A DNA stretch of 56,487 nt. It comes from an uncultured archaeon (GTDB lineage Archaea > Aenigmatarchaeota > Aenigmatarchaeia > GW2011-AR5 > JAHLMP01). The translations under genes and the position numbers were made by a program. The notes below the pieces were generated by a model. That model ran no database searches. It saw only the letters and a program-made list of their open reading frames with translations, and was not told where the DNA came from. The stretch covers positions 1-56,487 of the forward strand of contig CAZSPP010000008.1 in assembly GCA_964608845.1 (NCBI GenBank), read 5' to 3'. Positions 1-8,765 of this stretch are shown here, piece after piece (the first letter of the stretch is position 1; each line of letters begins with the position of its first letter).

Positions 1-954
1 AATAGTTTGTGACTTTTCTGTTTCTGTTTTTATTTCTTTAGAAAATAAACTCATCTTATTTTCCAAACTTTGCTTTATGAACTCTAAATCTCCTATCCTG
101 TTTTTTATTATGGAGTCTACTCTACTTTCAACCTCTTTCACATTTTCTTGAAAACCTTCTTTTATGATTTCAATCTCTTTTACTTTATTTTCAAGCATTT
201 GATTTATCCTTTCTTTTAAAGCTTCTATCTTTTCTATATCTGAGGTTATCTTTTCTTCCTGAGTTTTAAGATTTAGAAGTGCATTATTTATCCTTTCAAT
301 ATTTATGTCAACCTCTTCAACCTTTCTTATTACATCTTGATTTTCAGCTATTGCTCTTTCTACTCTTTTTTTCGCAAGTTCCAATTCTTCAATCTTTCTA
401 TCTATTTCAATCTTTGCTTCATTTATCTTATTAAGGAAAGCCTTCGCACCTTTTTCTGTCAATACCTTTCCACTTCTTTCTACAATATCTTCAATCCTAG
501 AAATTTTTTTCTCTATCTCATTTTTCATCTCTTTTAAAGAATTTTCAAGGTTTTCTATTTTTTCCAAAGCCTTTCCAGCCTCTTCAAATTTTATCTTTTC
601 TAAAAGCTTTTTTACCTCATTAATATTGCTTATTTTTTCAATCTTTTCGATTCTTTTTAGTATATCTTCAGAAACAGCTACAGGTACACCTTTTCTTATC
701 ATTTCCTCTATTTGGATCAGCCTTTTTTCTAAATCACCATAAGGAAATTCAATAGGTTCGCCAAACACCCTATATTTAACCTGCATCAATTCTGCTTGAA
801 GAAGCATTTGTAAATCTTCTAATTCAGTCAATCTTTCTTTTAGCTCTTCTATTGCTGATGGAGATGTAGAAGCTTCTATGTTTGCTAATCTTCGCTCGAT
901 ATCATTTAGAGCATTAATTATTTCTTCATAACCCGAAATTTCTTCCTTAGGCAT
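1..954 (-). CDS. coiled-coil protein, C-terminal end cut by window edge, function unknown
   Basis: ATG is the rc of 952-954 and the frame stays open to nt 1. It is absent from the ORF track because no stop lies in the window. Translation MPKEEISGYEEIINALNDIERRLANIE... is heptad-like and K/E/I/L rich. Confidence 0.55.
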   Translation of the reverse strand, partial: MPKEEISGYEEIINALNDIERRLANIEASTSPSAIEELKERLTELEDLQMLLQAELMQVKYRVFGEPIEFPYGDLEKRLIQIEEMIRKGVPVAVSEDILKRIEKIEKISNINEVKKLLEKIKFEEAGKALEKIENLENSLKEMKNEIEKKISRIEDIVERSGKVLTEKGAKAFLNKINEAKIEIDRKIEELELAKKRVERAIAENQDVIRKVEEVDINIERINNALLNLKTQEEKITSDIEKIEALKERINQMLENKVKEIEIIKEGFQENVKEVESRVDSIIKNRIGDLEFIKQSLENKMSLFSKEIKTETEKSQTI

Positions 955-1022
955 TTTAACCCTATAAAATATATATCATTCAGTATATATAACTTTTAAA
1001 CAAATCCTTAAGGATATAAAAA

Positions 1023-1625
1023 CTACATTTTATTTAATAATCTTTCAAGCACGGCTATCACTCCATTTATTTCAGACTCCATTATAGCTAATTTGTTTAA
1101 TATATCTTCTTTTTCTTTCTTCGATTCTTTTACTTCATTCTTCATTTCATTTATAGAGTTCATTAACTCTTTCAATCCAATTTCAAAGTACTTTTTTGTA
1201 TTTTCAAGACTTTCTGTTGTATTAATTATAGAAGAAGATGCATTTTCTATAACCTTTCCCATCTTTCCTATTTGATACACACCCTCAGTAAGCATTCTTA
1301 AGACATTTTCTACACTTTCAGTAATCTTTTCTATTCTTGACTCAATATCAAGAATTTTTTCATTAATCTCTTCAAACCTTTTTGCAACATTACTTTCAAA
1401 AATAGAAACATCATCTTTTAAGTCACTCACCTTTAACATTAATTCTCCTGTGGTAGAATCGATTTTTTCACCGATTTTAGCTTCTTCTAATACATTTTTT
1501 ACAATTCCCTCTATTTTCTTTATTTCATTTTCACTTATTGCCTCAACCTCTATTGCCTTTATACTTTTATAAGCATCACTTGGCAATTCTTCTTCAGTAT
1601 CTACAAAAAGATAAGCCTTTGCCAT
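1023..1625 (-). CDS. coiled-coil protein, function unknown
   Basis: 200-aa ORF, K/E/I-rich helical sequence with no recognisable catalytic motif. Confidence 0.5.
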   Translation of the reverse strand: MAKAYLFVDTEEELPSDAYKSIKAIEVEAISENEIKKIEGIVKNVLEEAKIGEKIDSTTGELMLKVSDLKDDVSIFESNVAKRFEEINEKILDIESRIEKITESVENVLRMLTEGVYQIGKMGKVIENASSSIINTTESLENTKKYFEIGLKELMNSINEMKNEVKESKKEKEDILNKLAIMESEINGVIAVLERLLNKM

Positions 1626-1650
1626 AATATTACTTAGAAGTGATAAATTT

Positions 1651-2214
1651 TTAAATGTTGATTATACCCTTTATTACCTCTGTTTTTCTTATATCAGCAA
1701 CGCTTACAGGATAAAGCTTTTCGCATTCTTCTTTTATTTTTTTACCGAGATCTCCGGTAACTATAAGCTTAGAAAAATCTGCAAAACTATTTTCTTCAGC
1801 AGATTTTTTGATTATATCATCCATAATTTTTCTTGCCTTTCTACATATGGAATAAGGAACATTTCTAGCAAACAAAAGAATACCTTTAACTCTTATCTTC
1901 GCCCCATCTTTTGTATTAACCACAATATTATTATCAACTCTCGTTACCCCTCTTCTAACTATGTTTGAAATATATTCTCTCATAATTTCATGGCCATCAA
2001 ATTCTGCTAGTGCATAATCCTTTTCAACTTGAACAATTCGAAATATCACCTTTACATAAAATCTTTGAGTCTTTTCCATTATTTCTGTTAAACCTACTTC
2101 TATTCTTCTATTTATCAGCTTTTTTGGATCAGAAGCCAAAGCTTCTCCTAAAAATATATTGTCAAAAGTTTTCGTAGCTCTTATTTCATGCCAGTTTTTT
2201 TTCGTAGTTGCCAT
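1651..2214 (-). CDS. rps3ae: 30S ribosomal protein S3Ae (eS1)
   Basis: N-terminus KKNWHEIRATKTFDN..., length 187 aa and overall pattern are typical of archaeal S3Ae. Confidence 0.88.
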   Translation of the reverse strand: MATTKKNWHEIRATKTFDNIFLGEALASDPKKLINRRIEVGLTEIMEKTQRFYVKVIFRIVQVEKDYALAEFDGHEIMREYISNIVRRGVTRVDNNIVVNTKDGAKIRVKGILLFARNVPYSICRKARKIMDDIIKKSAEENSFADFSKLIVTGDLGKKIKEECEKLYPVSVADIRKTEVIKGIINI

Positions 2215-2306
2215 TATTTCACCTTTGATCTACCTAAATTTATTAAATTAAAATTAATAAAGTTTTAATCCTTAAAAAATAAAATAACTCTTTTTAAGGT
2301 GGTGAA

Positions 2307-2480
2307 ATGGCTGGTAAATTTTTGTTGGTGAGATGTAAAAAATGTAAAAATGAACAAGTAATATTTTCAGCTTCAAAAACTGTTGTAAAATGCCTTATTT
2401 GTGGAGAAATATTAGCAGAGCCAACAGGAGGTAAGGCGAATATAAAAACCCAAGTAATAGGGTCTTTCAAATCTTTGTAG
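2307..2480 (+). CDS. rps27e: 30S ribosomal protein S27e (eS27)
   Basis: 57-aa ORF missed by the track: MAGKFLLVRCKKCKNEQVIFSASKTVVKCLICGEILAEPTGGKANI. It has a C4 zinc ribbon and the SD AGGTGGTGA just upstream. The conserved S27e-aIF2alpha order supports the call. Confidence 0.9.
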   Translation: MAGKFLLVRCKKCKNEQVIFSASKTVVKCLICGEILAEPTGGKANIKTQVIGSFKSL

Positions 2481-2490
2481 GTAGAAAAAA

Positions 2491-3210
2491 ATGAAAGAAG
2501 GAGAGCTTGTAATATGTAAAATAGAAAAGATAGATGCACATTCTGCATTAGCTAAAATAATAAATACAGATAGATATGGGATAATTCATGCTTCTGAGGT
2601 TGCAAGTGGTTGGGTTAGAAGAATCTCAGATCATTTAAAAGAAGGTCAACTTGTTGTTTGTAAAATTCTTTCAGCAAACAAAACTTTATTAAATTTATCA
2701 ATAAAAAGGGTAAGCGAAAATGAAAAAAAGCAAACAATGAAAAAATATGAAGCAGAGAAAAGAGCGGATAAAATAATAAACTTTGTTGCTAAAAAAATGA
2801 AAGCAGAAAATTTGGAAGAAATAAAGAAAGATATAATTGAGAAATTCGGTTCACTTTCTTCTTTTATAGAAGCCGTAAAAGAGGATAAGAGTGAGATAGA
2901 GGAATTTGATAAGAAATGGATAAGAATGATAAAAAAGATTTTAGAAAAGATAGAGAAAAAGAAAGAGTACGAATTCAAGGCAAAAATAAAATTGAGAAGC
3001 TATGAACCTAATGGAGTAGAAATAATAAAAAGTGTTTTTGAAGATAATTTTGGTTTAGATATAAAATATATTGGAGGTTCGCAATTCCTTTTAAAGTTTA
3101 AATCCGAAAATCCGAAGATAGGAGAAAAAGAATTTAAAAATAGAGTAGATAAACTTATAGAGAAATCAAAAAGATTAAATTGCTTTGTAGAAGCAAATAT
3201 TTTGAGTTGA
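2491..3210 (+). CDS. eif2a: translation initiation factor aIF2 alpha subunit
   Basis: N-terminal S1 domain (GELVICKIEKI...GIIHASEVASGWVRRISDHLKEGQ) and position directly after rps27e. Confidence 0.85.
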   Translation: MKEGELVICKIEKIDAHSALAKIINTDRYGIIHASEVASGWVRRISDHLKEGQLVVCKILSANKTLLNLSIKRVSENEKKQTMKKYEAEKRADKIINFVAKKMKAENLEEIKKDIIEKFGSLSSFIEAVKEDKSEIEEFDKKWIRMIKKILEKIEKKKEYEFKAKIKLRSYEPNGVEIIKSVFEDNFGLDIKYIGGSQFLLKFKSENPKIGEKEFKNRVDKLIEKSKRLNCFVEANILS

Positions 3211-3215
3211 TAAAT

Positions 3216-3731
3216 ATGGCAAAACAAAGACCTTGGAGATGTTATAGAGATATAAAAAGACCTTATACTAGGCAATCAATAAGCGTACCTAAAAAAAGTT
3301 ATATAAAAGGAGTTCCTCCCCCAAGAATAGCCCAATTTGAAATGGGAACAAAAAAAGATTATGAATATAAGCTTTTTTTGGTTTCAAAAAATACGTGCCA
3401 AATAAGGCATAGTGCATTAGAAGCTGCAAGAATGGCCTTAGTTAAATCTTTGGAGAAAAAAGGAGCTACGTATTTTGCTAAGCTCAGAGTATATCCTCAT
3501 CATGTTTATAGAGAAAACCCACTTGCTACAGGAGCAGGAGCAGATAGATATCAACAGGGGATGAGATTAAGTTTTGGAAAACCAATAGGCACAGCAGCCC
3601 AAATAAAAACAGGACAAAAAATTTTTGAATTACGTGTAGATAAGCAATTCTTAAATGTTGCAAAAGAGGCTTTAAAAAAAGCTATGCATAAACTTCCTTT
3701 AAGATATAAAATAGTTGTTGAGGGAAAATAG
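3216..3731 (+). CDS. rpl10e: 50S ribosomal protein L10e (uL16)
   Basis: MAKQRPWRCYRDIKRPYTRQS... is typical L10e. The ATG at 3216 is preferred to the TTG at 3180. Confidence 0.9.
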   Translation: MAKQRPWRCYRDIKRPYTRQSISVPKKSYIKGVPPPRIAQFEMGTKKDYEYKLFLVSKNTCQIRHSALEAARMALVKSLEKKGATYFAKLRVYPHHVYRENPLATGAGADRYQQGMRLSFGKPIGTAAQIKTGQKIFELRVDKQFLNVAKEALKKAMHKLPLRYKIVVEGK

Positions 3732-3746
3732 TTGAGATTGAATTCT

Positions 3747-5492
3747 ATGAAAAGAATTATTGTTATAGATAAAGAACTATGCCAACCAAAAAAATGTAAT
3801 TATGCTTGTTCATATGCATGCCCAAAAAACAGATCTGGAGAAAAATGCATCATAATAAAAAAGGAAGAAGGTATATACCCAAAAATAGATGAAAATAAGT
3901 GTATTGGTTGCGGATTATGTGTAAAAAGATGTGACTTTAATGCTCTTAAGGTTATAAACCTTCCAGAAGCTTTAAAAGAAAATCCAATATTTCAATATGG
4001 TCCAAATTCTTTTAGACTTTTTCGATTACCTATACCGTTTAAAGGTGTTACAGGAATTTTGGGAGAGAATGGAACAGGAAAAACCACATCTCTAAAGCTT
4101 TTGAGCGGAGAAATAAAACCAAACCTAGGTAAAGAACTCGCTGAGAAAAAAGAAATTTTAGAAGCTTATAGAGGTACAGAGCTTCAAAACTATCTTAAAG
4201 ATTTACTCGAAGGAAAAATAAAAACAGTTTATAAAGAGCAGCAGGTAGATAAAATTCTGAATGTTTTTTCAAGCTTGGAGGAAATGGAGATAAAAGAAGA
4301 GTTTATAAGAAAATTTAATATTGAGAATAGAAAGCTTAGTGAAATGTCTGGTGGTGAGCTGCAAAAGGTTTGCATTGCATATACATTATCAAAAGAAGCT
4401 GATATATATTTTTTAGATGAACCAACAAGCTTTCTTGATATAAAAGAAAGATTGAATGTTGCTAAAATAATAAGGGAATTTAGTGAAAAGGAAGGAAAAA
4501 GTGTTATTGTTGTAGAGCACGATTTGGCTGTTTTGGATTATTTGGCTGATAGGATTCATATAATTTATGGAGAACCCGGAGCATATGGAATTGTTTCTAA
4601 GCCGTATTCAACAAAACAGGGAATAAACTCTTTTCTAAATGGTTATCTTAAAGAAGAGAACGTTAGAATAGGCGAACCAATAAAATTTGCTGAATCAGAA
4701 GATATAAGAGAGTGGAAAGAGGTTTTAATAAGGTTTAGTAACATTAAAAAATCCTTTGAAAATTTTTGTTTAGAAATAAGTCAAGGAGAAATATTTAAGA
4801 ATGAAGTTCTAGGAGTCTTTGGAGCAAACTCCTTAGGAAAAACAACATTTGCAAAAATACTCGCTGGCTTATTAGATTTTGAGGGCTATATTGAAAAGAA
4901 TATTAAAATCTCTTATAAGCCACAATATATTGCAAGTATTCAAGCTGAAATTACTGTGGAAGAATTATTTTCTTCTTTAAAAGATAGCATAAAAGATTTA
5001 AAAAAAGACGAACAATCTAAAGAAATTGAAACAATATTTGAAATTATATTGAGCAAGCTAGATATAAGAAAAATATTTCATAAGAAGATTAGCAATCTTT
5101 CTGGAGGAGAACTTCAAAGAGTAGCAATAGCTTCTTGTTTGGTTAGAGATGCAGATTTATATCTTTTGGATGAACCTTCTGCATATTTGGATGTAAAACA
5201 AAGAATGAGTTTAATAAAACTGATAAAATTCTTAAACAAAACATTCATAATAATAGATCACGATTTGACATTTCTTAGTTGCGTTTCAAATAGATGCATG
5301 CTTTTTAGAGGAGAACCTAAGAAAAAAGGGCATGCAAAGATATTCCCTCTTTATGCTGGAATTAATGAGTTTTTGAAAGAAGTAAATATTACATTCAGAA
5401 GGGATGAGGAAACAAGAAGATTAAGAGCAAATAAACCGGATTCTGTAAAAGATAGAGAGCAAAAAAGCTCAGGTATTTATTTTGAGAGGTAA
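3747..5492 (+). CDS. abce1: ABCE1 / RNase L inhibitor, ribosome recycling ATPase
   Basis: N-terminal double 4Fe-4S ferredoxin motifs (CxxxxCxxxCP, CIGCGLCVKRC). Two ABC domains with GENGTGKTT/LSGGELQ/LDEPT and GANSLGKTT/LSGGELQR/LLDEPS. Confidence 0.9.
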   Translation: MKRIIVIDKELCQPKKCNYACSYACPKNRSGEKCIIIKKEEGIYPKIDENKCIGCGLCVKRCDFNALKVINLPEALKENPIFQYGPNSFRLFRLPIPFKGVTGILGENGTGKTTSLKLLSGEIKPNLGKELAEKKEILEAYRGTELQNYLKDLLEGKIKTVYKEQQVDKILNVFSSLEEMEIKEEFIRKFNIENRKLSEMSGGELQKVCIAYTLSKEADIYFLDEPTSFLDIKERLNVAKIIREFSEKEGKSVIVVEHDLAVLDYLADRIHIIYGEPGAYGIVSKPYSTKQGINSFLNGYLKEENVRIGEPIKFAESEDIREWKEVLIRFSNIKKSFENFCLEISQGEIFKNEVLGVFGANSLGKTTFAKILAGLLDFEGYIEKNIKISYKPQYIASIQAEITVEELFSSLKDSIKDLKKDEQSKEIETIFEIILSKLDIRKIFHKKISNLSGGELQRVAIASCLVRDADLYLLDEPSAYLDVKQRMSLIKLIKFLNKTFIIIDHDLTFLSCVSNRCMLFRGEPKKKGHAKIFPLYAGINEFLKEVNITFRRDEETRRLRANKPDSVKDREQKSSGIYFER

Positions 5493-6638
5493 TTATTGTT
5501 TTATTAGTGGATGAAGAGATTTTTTGTAATGCACTCTATCTATTAATTCCTCTATCGTTGGAATTATTGTTATCTCCGTAAGCCAATCCTTGTTTTGTTC
5601 TAAATACCAATCACTTCTCGGAATTGTATCAGTTATTACAACTCTATCTATTTCAGAATTTCTCATCTTATATTCTGTTGGTTCTACAGTATATAATCTT
5701 TCTTCTTTTTTATCTTCTGCAATAATTCTATATGTTTTCGGCTCAAATCCAATATGATATATTGCTCTCTGAAGCTCTTCCTTCAAATCTTCAGGATTTT
5801 GATCAAAGGTTTCTATATATATTGTTTCTACAGGCTCTTCATTTTTATTTGCTGATCTAATCTTTTTTGAAAATAGGCCATGAGTCATTATTGCTGTAAC
5901 ACTTTTCGCTTTATTAAGTTTGCAAATGTTTGCAGCTTCAATTAATGTTCCTCCTGTATCTATTATATCATCCACTATAATACAATGCTTTCCTTCAACA
6001 TTTCCAAGAATATTTAATGCCCGAGCTTCTCCTGGAGCTGGCCGGATTTTATATATTATTGCTACATTATCTACTCCAACTTCATCAGCAAACTTTTTTG
6101 CGTATCCGGCTCTTCCAAAATCCGGAGCAACTATAACAATTTCATCTTCATTTAAACCCATCTCTTTCTTATAACTATCTAAATATTTCCTATATTCTCT
6201 CATAGGAACGAAAGAATCTATTGGACATCTAAAGGCTGCATAACTTCCTGCATTATGAATATGAAACGCTGCAACATAATCCCAATCTTCAAATACCTCT
6301 GCAATCTTTCTGACATTTATTGATGTTCTTCCTTCCGGTTTATCTGAACGCATAAATCCTAAATATGTTGGAATTGCAATTTTTCTTTCTGGTACAGAGC
6401 ATCTTAATGCATCTTCAACAAGCATAGTTTCGACCAATCTTCCTTTTGGGTCAGGATGAAATGGACATATATAAAATACATCAGCATTTCTTACACTTTT
6501 CTTAAAGTTTGGCATTATTTCTGTATCATTAAATCTAATTATTTCCAAAACACCATCTTCTAACCCAAAATCTTCACATATTTGCTTTGCTATCTTTCTT
6601 CCTGTTTTATTTGAAACTACAAATAATTCTGATCCCAT
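5493..6638 (-). CDS. prs: ribose-phosphate pyrophosphokinase (PRPP synthetase) with an internal insertion
   Basis: PRPP-binding loop CIIVDDIIDTGGT, C-terminal IDRVVITDTIP and N-terminal Prs-like domain. Confidence 0.8.
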   Translation of the reverse strand: MGSELFVVSNKTGRKIAKQICEDFGLEDGVLEIIRFNDTEIMPNFKKSVRNADVFYICPFHPDPKGRLVETMLVEDALRCSVPERKIAIPTYLGFMRSDKPEGRTSINVRKIAEVFEDWDYVAAFHIHNAGSYAAFRCPIDSFVPMREYRKYLDSYKKEMGLNEDEIVIVAPDFGRAGYAKKFADEVGVDNVAIIYKIRPAPGEARALNILGNVEGKHCIIVDDIIDTGGTLIEAANICKLNKAKSVTAIMTHGLFSKKIRSANKNEEPVETIYIETFDQNPEDLKEELQRAIYHIGFEPKTYRIIAEDKKEERLYTVEPTEYKMRNSEIDRVVITDTIPRSDWYLEQNKDWLTEITIIPTIEELIDRVHYKKSLHPLIKQ

Positions 6639-6662
6639 AATTACTATTTCAAAGTAAAGAAT

Positions 6663-7358
6663 TTAAACACAAGACTCAAGCATTTTCTTCATCTCTATTG
6701 CATTTTTAAGCATTGCATGATTGTTATTAAAGAAGACATAAACCTTCTTCGGCTTTTTCTTTAAAATCTTTTCTACAATTTCTTTTAATTCATCTTCATT
6801 ATATTCATACCTATACCAAGCTTCTCTACCATGCATTCTCAAATAAACAATTCCATTTGTATTATATATTTCTCTTGGAAGATAAGGGGCATCTACACTT
6901 ACCAAAGTCATTTTATTATTTTTACAGATTTCTATATATTTTTTGTTGAACAATTCCTTGTTTCTAAACTCTATCGCAAATTTTTCTTTCAATTTAGTCT
7001 TTTTTGCAAATTCTTGGATTTTTTTAATAGAACTTGCAGAAAGAGAAGGAGGTAGTTGAAATAGAAAAAAGTCAATATTTTCTTTTAATGAAGAAAAAAT
7101 TTCTTCAAATCTTTTCCAATCTTCAAATGAATCTTCTTCAAATTTTTTTAAATGCGTTATTATTTTATTTACCTTTATGCTCCACCTAATATCTTTACCT
7201 ATCTTTGCCCAACCTTTTATTACATTTGGAAAAGGAAATCTGTAAAAGCTCATGTTAAGCTCAATTGCATTTAGCTTAGAATTTTCTACATACCATTTTA
7301 AATTTCTTTCTTTATTCCAACTATAGGCCCAACCAGAAGTTCCGACAAAAATATCCAT
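6663..7358 (-). CDS. DUF72 (UPF0759) family protein
   Basis: MDIFVGTSGWAYSWNK... is the DUF72 signature. The track ORF's upstream 115 aa overlap the divergent gene and are low-complexity, so the start is placed at the ATG at 7358. Confidence 0.75.
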   Translation of the reverse strand: MDIFVGTSGWAYSWNKERNLKWYVENSKLNAIELNMSFYRFPFPNVIKGWAKIGKDIRWSIKVNKIITHLKKFEEDSFEDWKRFEEIFSSLKENIDFFLFQLPPSLSASSIKKIQEFAKKTKLKEKFAIEFRNKELFNKKYIEICKNNKMTLVSVDAPYLPREIYNTNGIVYLRMHGREAWYRYEYNEDELKEIVEKILKKKPKKVYVFFNNNHAMLKNAIEMKKMLESCV

Positions 7359-7398
7359 ATTTTTATTTTTGAACTTATTTATTTTAAATAATTCATAG

Positions 7399-8484
7399 GT
7401 GTTTTGTTTGGAAGATAAAACAGAAAATATAATAGAAAAAATTCTTTTGGAGAAAAAAGAAATAATAGACAAAACAATAGAAAAATATTTTCCTAGAAAA
7501 TTTTCAAGAAAGGATTTGGAATTTATGTGTGGAAGCAACATTCTTAACATTGAAGCATCTAATGAAGCTATTGCAAAGCCTATGTGGGAGTTATTGGACA
7601 GAGGAGGAAAGAGATGGAGACCTGTTTTATTTTTGTTAATAATAGAAGCGTTAGGAAAAGATCCTGAAAAGTTTGTTGATTTTTGTATAATACCTGAAAT
7701 CATTCATAACGGTACATTAATTGTGGATGATGTTGAAGATGATTCTGAATTAAGAAGAGGCAAGCCAACTATCCATAAAATTTTCGGTGAGGATATTGCA
7801 ATAAATGTAGGAAATGCGATGTATTTCTTGCCATTAATAATTTTTATTAAAAAGAAAAATGAGATTGAAAAAGATAGATTAATAAAAGCATATGAAACTT
7901 ATATCGAAGAAATGATAAAGCTTAGTTTTGGGCAAGGTAATGATATAGTTTGGCATAGAGGAATTATAAAAGATGAAAAAATAAGAGAAGAGGAATATTT
8001 GCAGATGTGTGCATATAAAACAGGGACTTTAGCGAGAATGAGCGCAAAGCTTGCAGCAATTTTAGCTGAAGCTTCAGATGAAATTATAGAAAAGATTGGA
8101 AGATTTGCTGAAAGTATTGGAATAGCATTTCAAATTCAAGATGATATCCTTGATGTGACAGCTCCAGAATCAATAGGAAAAACATTTGGAAATGATATAA
8201 AAGAAGGAAAGAGAACTTTGATGGTTATATACACATTGCAAAAAGCAAATGAAAAAGATAAGAAAAGATTGATTGAGATTTTGAATAAGCATACTGATGA
8301 TATTGAAGAAAGAAAAGAGGCAATAGAGATTCTAAAAAAATATAATTCCATTGAATATGCAAAAAACGTAGCAAGAAAAATAGTTGAAGATTCTTGGAAG
8401 GAAATTGAAAAAATAATTCCAGATAACCCAGCAAAAGAAAAATTAAGATTATTTGCAGAATATTTGATAGAGAGGAATAGATGA
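7399..8484 (+). CDS. idsA: polyprenyl (geranylgeranyl) diphosphate synthase
   Basis: First Asp-rich motif LIVDDVEDDSELRRGKPT and second motif FQIQDDILD. The GTG start is uncertain. Confidence 0.85.
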   Translation: MFCLEDKTENIIEKILLEKKEIIDKTIEKYFPRKFSRKDLEFMCGSNILNIEASNEAIAKPMWELLDRGGKRWRPVLFLLIIEALGKDPEKFVDFCIIPEIIHNGTLIVDDVEDDSELRRGKPTIHKIFGEDIAINVGNAMYFLPLIIFIKKKNEIEKDRLIKAYETYIEEMIKLSFGQGNDIVWHRGIIKDEKIREEEYLQMCAYKTGTLARMSAKLAAILAEASDEIIEKIGRFAESIGIAFQIQDDILDVTAPESIGKTFGNDIKEGKRTLMVIYTLQKANEKDKKRLIEILNKHTDDIEERKEAIEILKKYNSIEYAKNVARKIVEDSWKEIEKIIPDNPAKEKLRLFAEYLIERNR

Positions 8485-8609
8485 TTTAAAATATAACACA
8501 AACATAAAATTCAAAAAGGCATTAGAAAATATTTTTAACTTAAAATATTCTGCATTCTAAAGTATGAAATTTTAACTAAAGTTAATCTTAAAACTTTGAC
8601 TTAACAAAA

Positions 8610-8725
8610 TGGGTCTGCCCGGATTTGAACCGGGGTCTGAACCTTTTTCTCCTTTTGCAAAATTTTAAAATTTTTTAAAAATTGACCCGAAGGTCCGATG
8701 CTAGACCAAGCTACACCACAGACCC
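8610..8725 (-). tRNA. tRNA-Pro(CGG) with a 41-nt intron after position 37
   Basis: Hand-folded. Acceptor GGGTCTG/CAGACCC plus A73, anticodon stem GGACC/GGTTC, loop TT-CGG-G, intron 8645-8685, T-arm CCCGG-TTCAAAT-CCGGG. No encoded CCA. Confidence 0.8.
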
Positions 8726-8727
8726 AG

Positions 8728-8744
8728 ACAAGCCCCGGACGAGA
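8728..8744. repeat. attR: 17-bp direct repeat ACAAGCCCCGGACGAGA, a displaced copy of the tRNA-Thr 3' end
   Basis: Identical 17-mer at 15219-15235, where it forms the 3' T-stem strand, acceptor strand and trailer of tRNA-Thr. Confidence 0.85.
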
Positions 8745-8746
8745 AT

Positions 8747-8765
8747 GTTTAACTTCTATAATGCC
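8747..8765. repeat. element-terminal inverted repeat, left copy (GTTTAACTTCTATAATGCC)
   Basis: Its reverse complement matches 15202-15220 at 18 of 19 positions, with a perfect 15-mer core (8751-8765 versus 15202-15216). Confidence 0.8.

Noticed and set aside
337-537. Many track ORFs lie antisense to confident genes, for example 337-537, 1093-1275, 2646-2978, 5920-6174, 12706-13146, 20777-21157, 29675-30019, 30297-30701, 41345-41749 and 42705-43202.
   Set aside because: Their translations are F/I/L/S-rich low-complexity strings, as expected from reading AT-rich coding DNA on the wrong strand. Each is fully covered by a gene with clear family motifs.
2294-2548. 84-aa minus-strand ORF.
   Set aside because: It lies antisense to the clear rps27e gene (2307-2480) and to the start of the aIF2-alpha gene, and has no motifs.
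7359-7703. 115-aa N-terminal extension of the DUF72 ORF as drawn in the track.
   Set aside because: It overlaps the divergent prenyltransferase gene and is low-complexity. The DUF72 signature begins right at the internal ATG (7358).
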